Assembly (NCBI RefSeq): GCF_009914755.1
Contig: NC_060931.1
Strand: one strand, 5' to 3'
DNA: 64,000 bases
From: the human T2T-CHM13v2.0 reference genome, Homo sapiens
A program made the position numbers and the translations under genes. This document shows positions 46,603-59,554 of the stretch, piece by piece. How positions within the stretch are numbered: the first letter of the stretch is position 1; each line of letters starts with the position of its first letter. The notes below the pieces were generated by a model that was not told the origin of the DNA, did not search any database, and saw only the letters and a list, made by a program, of their open reading frames with translations.

Positions 46603-46805
46603 GTGCTATTTACTTAGCAACTATGTGTCAGACATTTTATAAGTAGTATCTTACGTACTTTCTTAGTAATATTTTGAAGTATTAGTAGATAGCATTTATC
46701 TAATTTTAGAAATAAGAAAATGGAGGTGGGCTAATAAGTTGCTTAAGATTCCAAACATTCTGTAGTAAAACCAGTATTGATCCTAATTTGATGGACTTTA
46801 AACCT
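46603..46805 (-). mobile_element. MIR
   Basis: ctatttacttagcaactatgtgtcagaca...taattttagaaataagaaaatggagg. Confidence 0.6.
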
Positions 46806-46819
46806 GCTAAGCCTCTGTC

Positions 46820-47381
46820 TGGTGGAGGAAAAAAAAATTTAAAAAAAAAGCATTTTTCTTCCTTCTTAGGTTCAGTGGCTGAGGCCTGTGAATTATACTG
46901 ACAAAAGAGAGATTATCAAGAATAAATATTTATTTGATGTGTAGGGGCTGGGGAGGAACAGGGGCAGCTCACATAAAAGCAAGGAATACCCCAAAGAGGC
47001 AGTTGGACCCGGGCCCTGTATCCCATTTTAACAAAGTGTGATAAAGTGTGGGGAAGAGACTAGATAAAGAAAAGGAGGGTTTAATCCCTGGGTGGCCGGA
47101 GTAGGTTGTGGGAAAATGACTAGGAAATGTGTAGTAAATAAGGGCTATTTAGTAAGGTTTGTTATGCAACCTTAAGGCATCTCAGGTGGTGACTTATTCA
47201 CTTCTCCCTGATATAAGAAAGTAGGACACCTTTACAGGTATAAGTTTCCTTTACAACCAGAAAATTCATGCCTTGCTGAAGACAGTTCATCTTGTGTTTG
47301 CTATTTCTAATTGCCTTCAGCTTAAAATACTCCTTATGCTAAAGTGGCATATTTTGGGGTAGCATATTCTGATCTCTTTCA
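46820..47381 (-). mobile_element. MER34-like ERV1 solo LTR
   Basis: TG...CA termini. Minus strand starts tgaaagagatcagaatatgctaccccaaaatatgccactttagcataagga. Confidence 0.78.
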
Positions 47382-47709
47382 CCCCAACCAACAAGACTGT
47401 GGCTGTTGGCAGGCAAACATTACATCTTATTTATTTACACTTCTCTGATGTCTGTAACAGTGCATAGCACAGAGTAGGTATCCAGTAGATGTTTGAGAAA
47501 AAAAAATAATAAATGGGATAATTAACATATTTGGCTTCTAGGAGATTATTTTCATTCCAAATTGGCCTTCTCCCGCTGTTTTTTCCCCTCATACTGGTGA
47601 CATACCCTCCTGTTTGGTCAGAAAGAATTCTGATCTTGGATCATCTGAAATACATTTACTAAAAAAACCTGATATGTATTTACATATTGAAAGCACATCT
47701 GACTTAACA

Positions 47710-47830
47710 TTTAGGAGCATGGGCTAGCAATCTTACTAGTTTCAAGCCTTGGCTCCACCAAGTGACTTGCTCTATGACCTTAGGTTTCATAGCCTCTTAA
47801 GTCTCAGCTATTTTATTTTAAATGATGGGC
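47710..47830 (+). mobile_element. MIR fragment
   Basis: ggagcatgggct...ttcaagccttggctccacca...tatgaccttagg...aagtctcag. Confidence 0.55.
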
Positions 47831-48908
47831 AAGGCTTTTTGCTGTTTGGTTTACTTATAAGTCCTGAGTGCCTGAAACAAAATAAGTATTCAGTATGTTT
47901 GGTTGAATAAGTGAATGCCATGTAGTACCTATTTTGGTTGTCATTGGCTTTAAAGAGGTGAATATACTTTAAGTGGTTCAAGAGCGCCCACACCATAGGA
48001 GCTTAATAAATGTTAGCCATTTTATTATGTAAGTATAACCCTTCACACACTTTCACTAGTCATTTGTTATAACATTGACTTTTTCAAAAGTTCTGTGGAA
48101 ATGAGTTATAAGACTATCCATTGTTGAAGGCAATGTTCTTAGTTGTATTCATTGTTATCAATTTAGTCATTAAAAAACATTTGCTTTCCTTATCAATACA
48201 TATGCTTCATTTTATTAGTAAGTAGAATTTCATAACCCATCCTGTTTTCCATTTCTCTTGCATACTAGGAAACACAAAGTGAAATTTGGTTCTCGAGCTA
48301 GTTCAGTCACATAATGTTGTTGGTAAAATTATCTATAACATTTGGATTCTTTTGGATATAAATTTGCCCTTGATAGGCTAAGCTATATTATATTTTCTAT
48401 AATCTTGTGTTCTATAATATTCTAAAATATCGTTCTGTAATTATTTTATGAGAAACATTCTTCATAAATATGAAATGTATATCATAAATCAGTTTGTTTA
48501 TGATATACATGTTTTTCATGTAATTTAATGATTTAATTGTAATTATCAATAAATATGCGAAATCTAAACATTCATTGGCAAATATAGTAGAAACTATAAT
48601 GAATTGGCTATAGTGTTTCTCATGTTAGACATTGTTGACCTAAAAAGAAGAAACTGAGGTGAAATTAATGGAGTGTTTATCTGGGCAAAGCTTGAAGATT
48701 ACAACCTGGGAGCATTGATTCAAGTTTTCCTAAATGTACACTCCAATTTGTGGCAGCTACAAGTGTTTGTGTTCTTTTTTTTTTTTAATAATTTCAACTT
48801 TCATTTTAGATACCGGGAGTATATGTGCGGGTTTGTAAACATGTGTATATTAAGTGATGTGGAGGTTTGGGGTACAGATCCCATCACACAGGTAGTAAGC
48901 ATAGCACC

Positions 48909-49268
48909 TGTAGTAGTCTGTTTTCATGCTGCTAATAAAGACTTACCTGAGAATGGGTATTTATAAAGAAAAAGAGATTTAATGGACTCTCAGTTCTACA
49001 TGGCTAGGGAAGCCTCACAATAATGGAAGAAAGCAAAAGGCTCATCTTACATGGTGGCAGGCAAGAGAGAATGAGAGCCAAGCAAAAGAGGAAATCCTTT
49101 ATAAAACCATCAGATCTCATGAGACTTTTTCACTACCATGAGAACAGTATGGGGGAAACTGCCCCCATGATTCAATTATCTCCTACTGGGTCCCTCCCAC
49201 AACACATGGGAATTATGGGAGCTACAGTTCAAGATGAGATTTGGGTGGGTCACAGCCAAACCATATTG
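48909..49268 (-). mobile_element. THE1 (THE1C-like) MaLR solo LTR
   Basis: tgtagtagtctgttttcatgctgctaataaagac...gagatttgggtgggtcacagccaaaccata. 5-bp TSD gcacc (48904-48908) / gcact (49269-49273). Confidence 0.92.
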
Positions 49269-49273
49269 GCACT

Positions 49274-49886
49274 TCTACACTAAAAAGTATCCAAGACAAG
49301 TCTCAATCAATTTAGAGGTTTATTTTGCAAGGTTAAGGACATGCCCATCACACAACCTCAGGAGGTCCTGAGAACATGTGCCCAAGGTGGTTGGGCTACA
49401 ACTTGGTTTTATACATTTAGGGAGACATGAGACATCAATCAATATGTATTAGGTATATAGTGGTTCAGTCTGAAAAGGTGAAGTGAGGGACTTCCATGTT
49501 ATACGTGGAACTGGAAGTGGGGGAAGTGGGAGGCTTCCAAACTGGAAGTGGGGTTCTTCCAGGTTGTAGGTGGATACAAAGGTTTTCTGATTGGCAATTG
49601 GTTATTATCTAAAGACCTGGAATGCATAGAAAGGAATATCTTGTTTGTGATAAGGGGTTATAGAGACCAAGGTTTGATCATGCAGACAAAACCTCAAGGT
49701 AGCAGGATTCAGAGAGAATAGATTGTAAATGTTTCTTATGGAACTTAAAGAGTCACTTCTATTGGTCTTGAGGTCTGCATTGGTGGTAACAAGGCATATT
49801 TTCAGGTTACCTTTGGAATGCCCTTGGCTGAGAAGAGGGGTCTATTCAGATGACTGGGGGCCTTAGAATTTTATTTTTGGTTTACA
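49274..49886 (-). mobile_element. MER4-family ERV1 solo LTR
   Basis: Minus strand begins tgtaaaccaaaaataaaattctaaggccccc. Interior: cctcaggaggtcctgagaacatgtgcccaaggtgg. Confidence 0.88.
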
Positions 49887-50394
49887 TATCCAATAGGTAG
49901 CCTTTCAGCCCACAGTGCCCTCCCTCTCTCTGTCCTCTAGCAGTTCACAGTGTCTGTTGTTCCGAGGAGTGCCCAATGTTTAGCTCCTTGTTATAAGTGA
50001 GAACATGCTATAGTTGGTGATTTTTTTTTTTTTAGGAGAAAGAGGCAGTTCCTGAATTGTTTACTAAGAATTTACATAAAAATAGCTTAAGCTATTGATT
50101 AGCTATACGTTGTTCTCTATATCAGAAATTCCAGAAACAAGAGGATAAGGGGTGAAGCAGCTAATCAGGAACAAAATGAATTGAAATAATTGCCCCCAGA
50201 CGTGGGCGCAGGGGTTGGGATGTGGAGTGTTGGAGGGTGAAGGCATGACTGATGTCCCACGCTCATATCTCTCTGGGCCTGCATACCTCGCATAGTTCGT
50301 GCTATTCTGAGCTATTTTACTTTTCTCAACATTTAGATATTTGACTATAGAAATGCTTATAAATATAATTTATACACGTATAAATGGCATGTTT

Positions 50395-50704
50395 GTTATT
50401 TATTTAGTTTGAGCTGGAGACTTGCTCTGTCACCCAGGCTGGAGTAGGAGTACAGTGGCACAAATCTTGGCTCACTGCAACCTCTGCCTCCCAGGTTCAA
50501 GCAATTCTCCTGCCTCAGCCTCCTGAGTAGCTGGGATTTTAGGCGACCACCGCCACACCTAGCTAATTTTTGTATTTTTAGTAAATATGGGGTCTCACCA
50601 CGTTGGCCGGGCTGGTTTAGTCTCAAGCTCCTGCCCTCAAGTGATCCACCAACCTCAGCCTCCAAAAGTGCTGGAATTACAGGCATCAGCTACCACACCC
50701 AGCC
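50395..50704 (-). mobile_element. Alu (S/J), full length
   Basis: Full dimer with small internal insertions. Degenerate TSD ataaatggcatgttt / ataatgtcatattt. Confidence 0.92.
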
Positions 50705-51339
50705 ATAATGTCATATTTATTACCTTAATTATGATATTTATAATTTTCAAATGCAGTCTTTTAAAGCAAAATCAAGAGATATTCAAGGACCTTTGAAAAT
50801 GCAAAACAATTATTTATATTTTTAATGTGCCTTAGAAATAGCTCAATTTACACTGTCGAAAATTTGCATATATAATTTAGTAAGGAATAATTCCACAGTA
50901 CTCAGTAGGACCTATTAGGTTTCACTAGAATAATTTATATTAGTAAGTCACAAATTAATGCTTATGGACTTTTCAAAAGTTTATGTGTTTCAAGAGAAAG
51001 CTAACTTTGCAAAAAGGGTTTATGAAATCATCTAATTAATTCATACATTATAAAAACCACATTAACAATCTCTCAATTTTCTTTCCTCCTTTTGTATAGA
51101 CAATTAATATAGAACATTTTAAAATAGACTATTTGAATATTGAAAATCCAATTACAGGTAAAGTAGGTGGAGTAATTTGAAATTGCATTCTAATACTTAT
51201 AATAAATAATTTGTTTTCAGATCATAAATTGCTTACTATAAAGCTTTTCTAACACTTATAAAATTTATGGCAACTTGAGTATTTGACTCATCATGTCACT
51301 TTTCAGGATTGTCTTTCTTTTTCAGGAATATTAGGTGTT

Positions 51340-51987
<648 letters not shown>

Positions 51988-52334
51988 GATCTTGTTTCTT
52001 TCTCTCCCTTCCTTCCTCCTTTCCTTTCTCTGTCTTCATTCTGCATTTATCTTTCCCTCTTTTCTCTGTTAATCTCTTTCCCTTCGTTTCTTCTTTCTTT
52101 TCTCTTTTGCCTGTATTCCCAATTATAGCGGTAACATTACTTGACTTCAATTGATGGGACTTTTACAGTTTAAATCTTTATACTTATTTATATTCCAAAT
52201 TAATTATAAGACATTCTTTTTTTTAAGACATTCTAAACTACTTTTTGCCTTGAAATGTCAGTAAGAATAATATCTAAGAAATGTGTCCTATTTTAGTCAT
52301 ATAAAACAAATGTATCAATTTACATTTATATTTT

Positions 52335-52592
52335 CATTTAAAAATACATATGTAGAACATGTTATGTGTCAGAAACCATCCTTAGAAGCACTTCTAAAAT
52401 GTAGCGGATTTAATTGTCATCATTAAATTATTAAATAAGCATACCTTATTCATTTCAGTTAGGTATTATTATTATGACCACTTTATACATGAGGACCTAA
52501 GGCTCAATGAATTAGGTGATTTTGTCAAGGGCAGTTCGTTTGTGAGCAATAGAATCAAGATTCAAACCTAGACTTTTGGATTATGTAACCAC
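52335..52592 (-). mobile_element. MIR
   Basis: aggtattattattatgaccactttatacatgaggacctaaggctca...aagattcaaacctagact. Confidence 0.7.
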
Positions 52593-53060
52593 ATTTTATG
52601 TGTGGAGGGAAATTTAAAAAACAAAACAAAAACTCCAGACACCAAAAAGCAAACAAAACCCCTAAACAAAAGCTAAAAGCTGAATTCTGTTCTTTAGACT
52701 ATGTCTAAATATTATCTGTCAGTTTTTACACCTCTTTTTTCTTAACAGATGACTGGAGGGAGTGTTGTATTATAGTATAATGGAAAACCTTCATAACCTT
52801 GATTACAGCAGCTGAAGAACTCTTGAGAGAGAAAAAAGGAAGATAGAGTTTTGCCTCATTCTCTCCTTATTTAGTGTTCTCAGAAGTCATTCTTAATCTT
52901 TTACCTCAATTATCCTTAGTTCATTTATGAAAAAATACAAACCATTCAAACCCTCTGTCATATCATAGCGTATGTGTGACTTGACTTTATGAGTGAAGGC
53001 TTTCTGTACGTGTGTTCTGAAATAAAAGCTTAATGAAAACATCTATTTCCTTTTCTGCAG

Positions 53061-53162
53061 TGTGCAGATGATAATAACGAAGCATGTGGCAATGCTACAG
53101 CAGTTATAGTCACATGGATCCGGGACATACTAGAAAGAAACATGTCACTGATCCATGGGCCT
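53061..53162 (+). other. Candidate spliced internal exon (102 nt) of an unidentified transcript
   Basis: Branch-like cttaat at ~53029-53034, acceptor tttccttttctgcag| at 53060 and donor |gtaagt at 53163, in non-repeat sequence. Confidence 0.45.
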
Positions 53163-53715
53163 GTAAGTGACACAAGCAAAGGCATTCTTACATAGGTTCA
53201 CTGCATCTATTATTTATCTGATAGAACATGTGTGAAGGTGTTACAAGAGTGCTGGACTTAATATGGATTACTGTGGAACTTCCTATCAAAGCTGATGAGA
53301 TGAATACTAAAAAAAGGTTAATCAAAGTTTGACACTGGCCCTTACAGAAGCCAGAGCTACTAATTTCCAAATGCTACAACTTTTGAATACTCTAAAATAA
53401 TCCTAGTGGCAGTGTCAACAGAGTGCTATGGGAAAAGAAAGTGCGGAGGATCAGTGTTGGCTTAGGGGCCTCAGAAAGCGTCACAGAAAAAATGATTGTT
53501 TATTGCAGAGAAAGGAGAGAAATCAAACAGGGTGCAACAAGTGCTAAGTCATGGCTTGTCCAGAATACTTTAGAACTTCCTGTATAGTTGAGTCTTGCCT
53601 TTTGGGAGACAGGAGGGGTTGGGAAAGCTAGGATTACAAATAAAATTGGTGATATTCAGATTATAGTTGCTTTGAGAATATGCAGTTATTTGGGGGTGTT
53701 TAGAAATGGTGTTAT

Positions 53716-54110
53716 TCATGGACACATAGAGGGAAACAAGACACACAGGGTCCTGTGGGTGGGGGGTGGAGGGTGGAGGGTGGGAGGGTGGCGGGGGGAG
53801 AGGGTAGAGGGTGGAAGGTGGCAGGGAGAAGGGTGGGGAGTGGGAGGGTGGGAGGGGTGGGAGGGTGGTGGGGGAGGGAGATGGGAGGGTGGGGGGAGGT
53901 GGAGAGTGAAAGGGTGGTGGGGGATGGGAGGGGGTGGGAAAGGGGAGAGTGGGAGGGTGGAGATTGGGAGAAAAGAGAGGAATGGGAAAAATAAAGTAAT
54001 TGGGTACTAGGCTTAATACCTGGATGATGATATAATCTGTACAACAAACCTCCATGGCACAAGTTTACCTATGTAAGAAACCTGTACCCCTGAACATAAA
54101 ATAAAGGTTT
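53716..54110 (+). mobile_element. L1PA13-like 3' UTR with an expanded G-rich tract
   Basis: catggacacatagagggaaacaagacacac...[G-rich]...tgggtactaggcttaatacctgg...aagtttacctatgtaa...aaaataaagg. Confidence 0.88.
53755..53975 (+). repeat. G-rich (GGGAGGGT-like) low-complexity repeat
   Basis: About 220 nt containing more than 20 runs of three or more G. Confidence 0.9.
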
Positions 54111-54537
54111 GAAAGATTAAGTGCCTTGCTAAAAGTTAGAGAATATGTTAATGTGTTATATTCAGAAAGTAAGAGCTTCTAATGCTTTCTACTCCCTTCC
54201 CCACAATAATTATGCTAGTTTTCTATTCATCATCTCTATCTAAGTATTCCACATAGTATTTCAGGTTAATGAATATTTTTATATCTCCTATTTCCAGATA
54301 AAACCATATAAAGTTCTCTCAGGTCAGACGCACAGAAACATGTATAAGCTACATCATCATATATCATCACTTTGGTGTTTTAAGTCATAGAACCATTGCT
54401 CACTGTAGAACAAGACAGCAAAAATGATGCTTTATGAAAACAGAAAGTAAATTTCACATCTATCATTCATCTTATAAATTCTTTGTATCAAAATTTTAAT
54501 TAATTAGAGTGACCTAGTTTCCTCACTGTGGAAGAAC

Positions 54538-54577
54538 AATATATGTATATACGTATGTATATGTATATATATATATT
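54538..54577. repeat. (TA)n/(TATG)n simple repeat
   Basis: atatgtatatacgtatgtatatgtatatatatatat. Confidence 0.7.
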
Positions 54578-55261
54578 TTTAACGTAAGTACTCTCTCATC
54601 CAGGAAATGTTCCCTGTTGAGTGATAAGCCTAGTGTGAGAACATAACGTTCAGCCAGCAAAGGTTATATTACATTAATCTTTGTACACTGCTCAATAGTT
54701 AAGAGGTTTGGAACCGTTTATAGTAAGGACCATGCTATCAGGTTTTATCAGTGGCTTATTACATAGGTGACAATCAAAACATTATTGCCAAACTTCATGT
54801 TAGTTCACAGATTTAATATCTAATATACATTTTACAGTTATTTGAGGCAAGTTACCTTCATTTCTGGGTTGCACACGTATCACTGGGAGAAAATGCAAAG
54901 TACATACCAGAGAAGAGGTGAGTTCCCTTTTTCAAGCAGTGCAAACCACAGAAAAACATCAAGCAAAAGATCTAATGTAACTCTGTTGTGAAAAGAGTTG
55001 TACAAGTTGTACTAGTAACTAAAATACACCTAGAAGAAAAAAGATTTTTGGTCAACAGACATTTCAGGGCAAAGATATTTGCATTGCTAAGCAGAAATAC
55101 ATTATGCATAATCGGTTAATAGATAAGGAAGAAAAATTCAATATTAAAGACCTTCTTTTGTACCCAATGTATTATAATCTGAGCTAGATGTGTTCCATGC
55201 ACTGGATTGTTTCATCCTGGTAGTAATTTATAGGTGGGCATTATCGTCTCAGTTATTATGA

Positions 55262-55658
<397 letters not shown>

Positions 55659-56965
55659 AAGTCGTTACCTAAAATATTTCAGTGATTTGGCGGGGAGTGG
55701 GAATCCTTGTTGCTTAATATTTTCCTCAATAAAAGTGTCAAATGGTTAATCTCTTTATAGATTATCTTCCTTTTGATATTTATAATAATTATATTTGAAA
55801 CTCTCAGAAGACCAGATGAACTCAAACTACAGTGCCACAAGAGACATTGGAAATTCTGTGTGTCATACCGGACATTAATTATATTTCAAATAACAGGAAT
55901 TCCTTTAAACAGGCTGAAACAATAAACATACAAAGAGTTTACTCAGCATTTATTGTGTGTTGTGCATTTGTATGTTTGTTCAATGAGTCACTTACCCCAT
56001 AGGAGAAGTTTAGTCACAGGATTTTTCAGAAAGCCTAAGAGGGTCATGAATGAAAATATCCTCCTATTAAGATATTAAGCCTATCACATGTGGCATATAA
56101 GTGATGTGAAATTCATGCTCTTAAGTGATGTATTTCAAAGGACAGCCTGTTTCAAGGTATGGTAAAATGATATATGTACAAATATTGCCCTGTGGGTGTG
56201 TAGAACTGAGGCTCTTAATGACACTTTCACGATTTGTGAGACTCTTGCCATCCTGTAAATAGTCATAGCAGCTACACCTTTCACTGGAAACAGGGAATTT
56301 TCCCAAGATCTGTCTCTCACCTTCTGGTTCAAAAATTCTTGCTCTCCTTTGACAAGCCCGTCTCTTGGGTTACGGCTCTCTCTCTAGCAAATCCTCCAGA
56401 GGATAACAGGAGAGTCTGTGCACTGACTTTCAGAGGTTCCCTTGATCCATTGCTTTTGAGCTGAATCTAATGCCATAGTGCAGAACCTTACACTGGACCT
56501 GTTGCCCCATGATTTTGATTCCCAGAAGTGGAGATGTTGGCTACCATACCATATTCCAAAATATAAGATGAGTTCACAAACCAGCTGAAGAACTCACGAG
56601 GAAGTGTCAGGGCAAAGGCAACTTTAAGAACTGCTGTTTTCGATGAGCTAAGTGAGAATAAAACAAAAATTCCCCTATTTATGTATCAATAGCTATGCAC
56701 TGACAGTTTTTACAAGTGTAATTATACACAAGCAAATGGAGGTAAAAAATCAAAATATCCTCCAGAACCAGATATTCTTGAATTTAAAGACTTATTTGAC
56801 TACTCTAAATCTCTGAAAACACTTCTAGTATTCAAAAATGTGGCATAACTTATGTGGGCCAACTAAACTAGAAAATGGTGAGTTTTAATATTTATATGAT
56901 GACAAGATCACCATGACAGAATAGAATGTTCCCAAAACAGCTTCGAGCAATAATAGATCCAGCGC

Positions 56966-56992
56966 AAAAAAAAAAAAAAAAAAAAAAAAAAA
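56966..56992 (+). repeat. A27 mononucleotide run
   Basis: Read directly from the sequence. Confidence 0.95.
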
Positions 56993-57344
56993 GCTGGAGG
57001 ATTTAGCTCTGCCAGTTATTGACTATGTGACCTGGTGCAATTACTATTATTACCTATTTGACATTTTCAAATCACATGACTTACTTCACAAGTAAGAACA
57101 CCAATGTCCCTACCGAGGTTTGTTTTCAAAGAATCAGGAAACCCAACTCCAGAAAGTGCTATTCATACTGTTTTCATGAATGGTGCTCCGTGACCTTGAT
57201 AACATATGTCCCTAGAGCTGTAAGCCATGGATTTGGCTTTCAGATGGTGTCAATTAAATAATGTAAGCTAAAGAGCCACAGATTTTAAAATGTTACATAA
57301 ATCTTACTGAGAAAGTGATTAAAAATAATCATCTTCAAGCTCAC

Positions 57345-57550
57345 ACCAAATGACAGTTAATACAGAGTATTTTAGTCCTCATAAATAATAAAAACAAGAA
57401 TGATGCACAGGTACCATTATTTTCAACATTGTTCTAAAGATGAAGAAATTAAGGTATAGGGATTACACATCTAGATAGTGGAGGAGTGAATTTTGAAACC
57501 CAAACGAGTTAACATAAAAGAATGACAACCTTTTAACTGCCAAGCTGTAT
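57345..57550 (-). mobile_element. MIR
   Basis: aggtaccattattttcaacattgttctaaagatgaagaaattaagg...gaattttgaaaccc. Confidence 0.55.
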
Positions 57551-58347
57551 CCACTATCATGCCGATTTCAAAGGATAGCATGGTATTGTGCCGCTTTATT
57601 TTTTGTAAAAGAACCAACAATACATGCAACTTGAAACGTTCCTATAGAGAGATGATTTTATGATTGCCAGGGTGTTTGAGATGACACACAAACAACATGC
57701 ATCTCAGATTACTGAATAGAACAGAGAATTGCATGGACATATATGAACATTATGTATCATTAGGGTTTTGGTTCATCTTTCAAGTCAAGCTGGTACAGGC
57801 TGGTTGACATTTCCTGGTAAAAGGGTCGGAGAACCAAAAAAATACATCCTTTCTCAGATATGACTTTTGTGACTATCTTGAGAAGAAGAATCCATGCCCG
57901 ATTTATCTCTGCATTTCTGTTTTCACACAGAACAAATAAGTGCTGAATAAAGTTTATTTGAATGAAAAACAAGCCTACGTAGTAATAACAATGTGGAAAG
58001 GAGTAATTATTCTGTCCTGAGGTGCAAAAGCTGGTTTAAAAAGGTTTCTAGGTGAATTAGAAAAAAAAAATGCTTTTGACATCTAAGACATGTGTATATC
58101 CATTTTCCTTACTGATATATTTTCTATTAAACTTAGAAATAATTATCTGCCTAATGGAAAGAACTGTTTATAATTGATGTATGTGAAAATGAGCTGAAAG
58201 AGGAAAACATTCAGTCTATATCTCTACAATTATGTGTTCAATGGTAGTATTGATACTAGCAAATGTATTTGATTCTTCTACTTTGTTTAATCTATTTAAT
58301 AACACTTAGTGTAATATTGACCTTGGGATTCAGAAAAAAATATTCCA

Positions 58348-58642
58348 GGTGAGGCATGATGGCTCACACCTGTAATCCCAGCACTTTGGGAGGCTGACAC
58401 TGGAGGATCTGTTGAGTTCAGGAGTTTAAGATCATCCTGGGCAACATACTGAGACACTGTCTTTACAAAATAATTTTTTAAAAAATTACCCAGGAGTGGT
58501 GGCATGTACCTGTATTACCTTGGGAAGCTGAGGCAGGAAGATCCCTTGAACCCAGGAGGTCAAGGCTGTTGTGAGCTGTGATTGCACACTGCACTCCAGC
58601 CTGAGTGACAGAGTGAGACCCTGTCTCAAGGGAAAAAAAAAA
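58348..58642 (+). mobile_element. AluJ
   Basis: ggaggatctgttgagttcaggag, caggaggtcaaggctg and gagaccctgtctc are J-type features. Confidence 0.9.
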
Positions 58643-58782
58643 TCAAACAATTTTTGAAGTCAGAATAGAGTAGCAGTGCGATTGTATGTAGCCTGTATGT
58701 GTTGCGTGTGCAGAATGCAACATATTTCCATGGCTACTTCCGAAATTTCAATCATCCTCTTCCAGAATTTCCTTCTCCAGTT

Positions 58783-58880
58783 ACCAACAAATATTTATTA
58801 GGGAATAAATATGTGCTAGCCACTGAGATACAAATACAGACTTATGTACTCCTCTCCTAGGGACTGTATTCTACCATGGA
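58783..58880 (-). mobile_element. L2 3' fragment
   Basis: caacaaatatttattaggg...atgtgctagccactgagatac. Confidence 0.55.
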
Positions 58881-59554
58881 ACTAGATCTTCTGTAAGATC
58901 GAGGCACAGATCATCGGCAAGTCTAAAAGGAAATTAAAAGATAATTTTTAAGGAGTTCTAATTTTCCTTCATTGTTGATGACTTTTCACAGTATTACTTC
59001 CTTGTTGGTATATGAGAACAAAATGCTGGCTTGTCACATGGTTCTTAGAAAGACTGTCTAGTCATAAGAAACATTACTTGACTTACTTAATTCTCTGGCA
59101 GTTTTATAATGGCATATACAATTTCTATACACTACTTTAAAATGGAGTCAATGTAATTTTCAGCAAAGCTTTGGAACAGATTCAGCCAATGTTTGTCGTA
59201 ACATAGGGATGCATGCTGGAAATGGTTCTCTCTGCTTCTGTGGCTGGGTGCTCCTGGAGCCAATGCTATACTGCAAAAATGAAGCACTATGTTGATGATA
59301 TTTCTTTAATCAATTATTCTGCCAATAAGGTGCGTTAGTTTATATGCCTAACTAGCATTCTTCTTCTGAGCGAGGTGCATGAGGTACCTGAGAGATCACT
59401 ATTATTGTGTCATTGAATCATAGTTCTATTATTTTCAGAGAAAATTTTCATTTCTCAACGGTTAAATGTCTCTACAATTCAGTATGTCTCATGCCTAGCT
59501 CTCTAAAGCCACAGAACTTATCAAAACTAGTCTTAATATCTGTAAATACTGACT

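Larger units (their letters stand above)
48775..50017 (-). mobile_element. Short L1PA16-like 3' end, split (48775-48908 and 49887-50017)
   Basis: atttcaactttcattttagata...gaggtttggggtac...gcatagcacc // caataggtag...cccaatgtttagctcc...ataagtgagaacatgc. Confidence 0.85.
48633..50328 (-). mobile_element. MER66-like ERV1 solo LTR split by nested insertions (own sequence ~48633-48770 and ~50018-50328)
   Basis: tgttgacc...ttttctca termini. 4-bp TSD acat at 48629-48632 and 50329-50332. Confidence 0.8.

Noticed and set aside
53570-54062. Pro-rich and Gly/Trp-rich ORFs (161, 140, 116 and 79 aa)
   Set aside because: They are artefacts of the stop-free G-rich repeat inside an L1 3' UTR.
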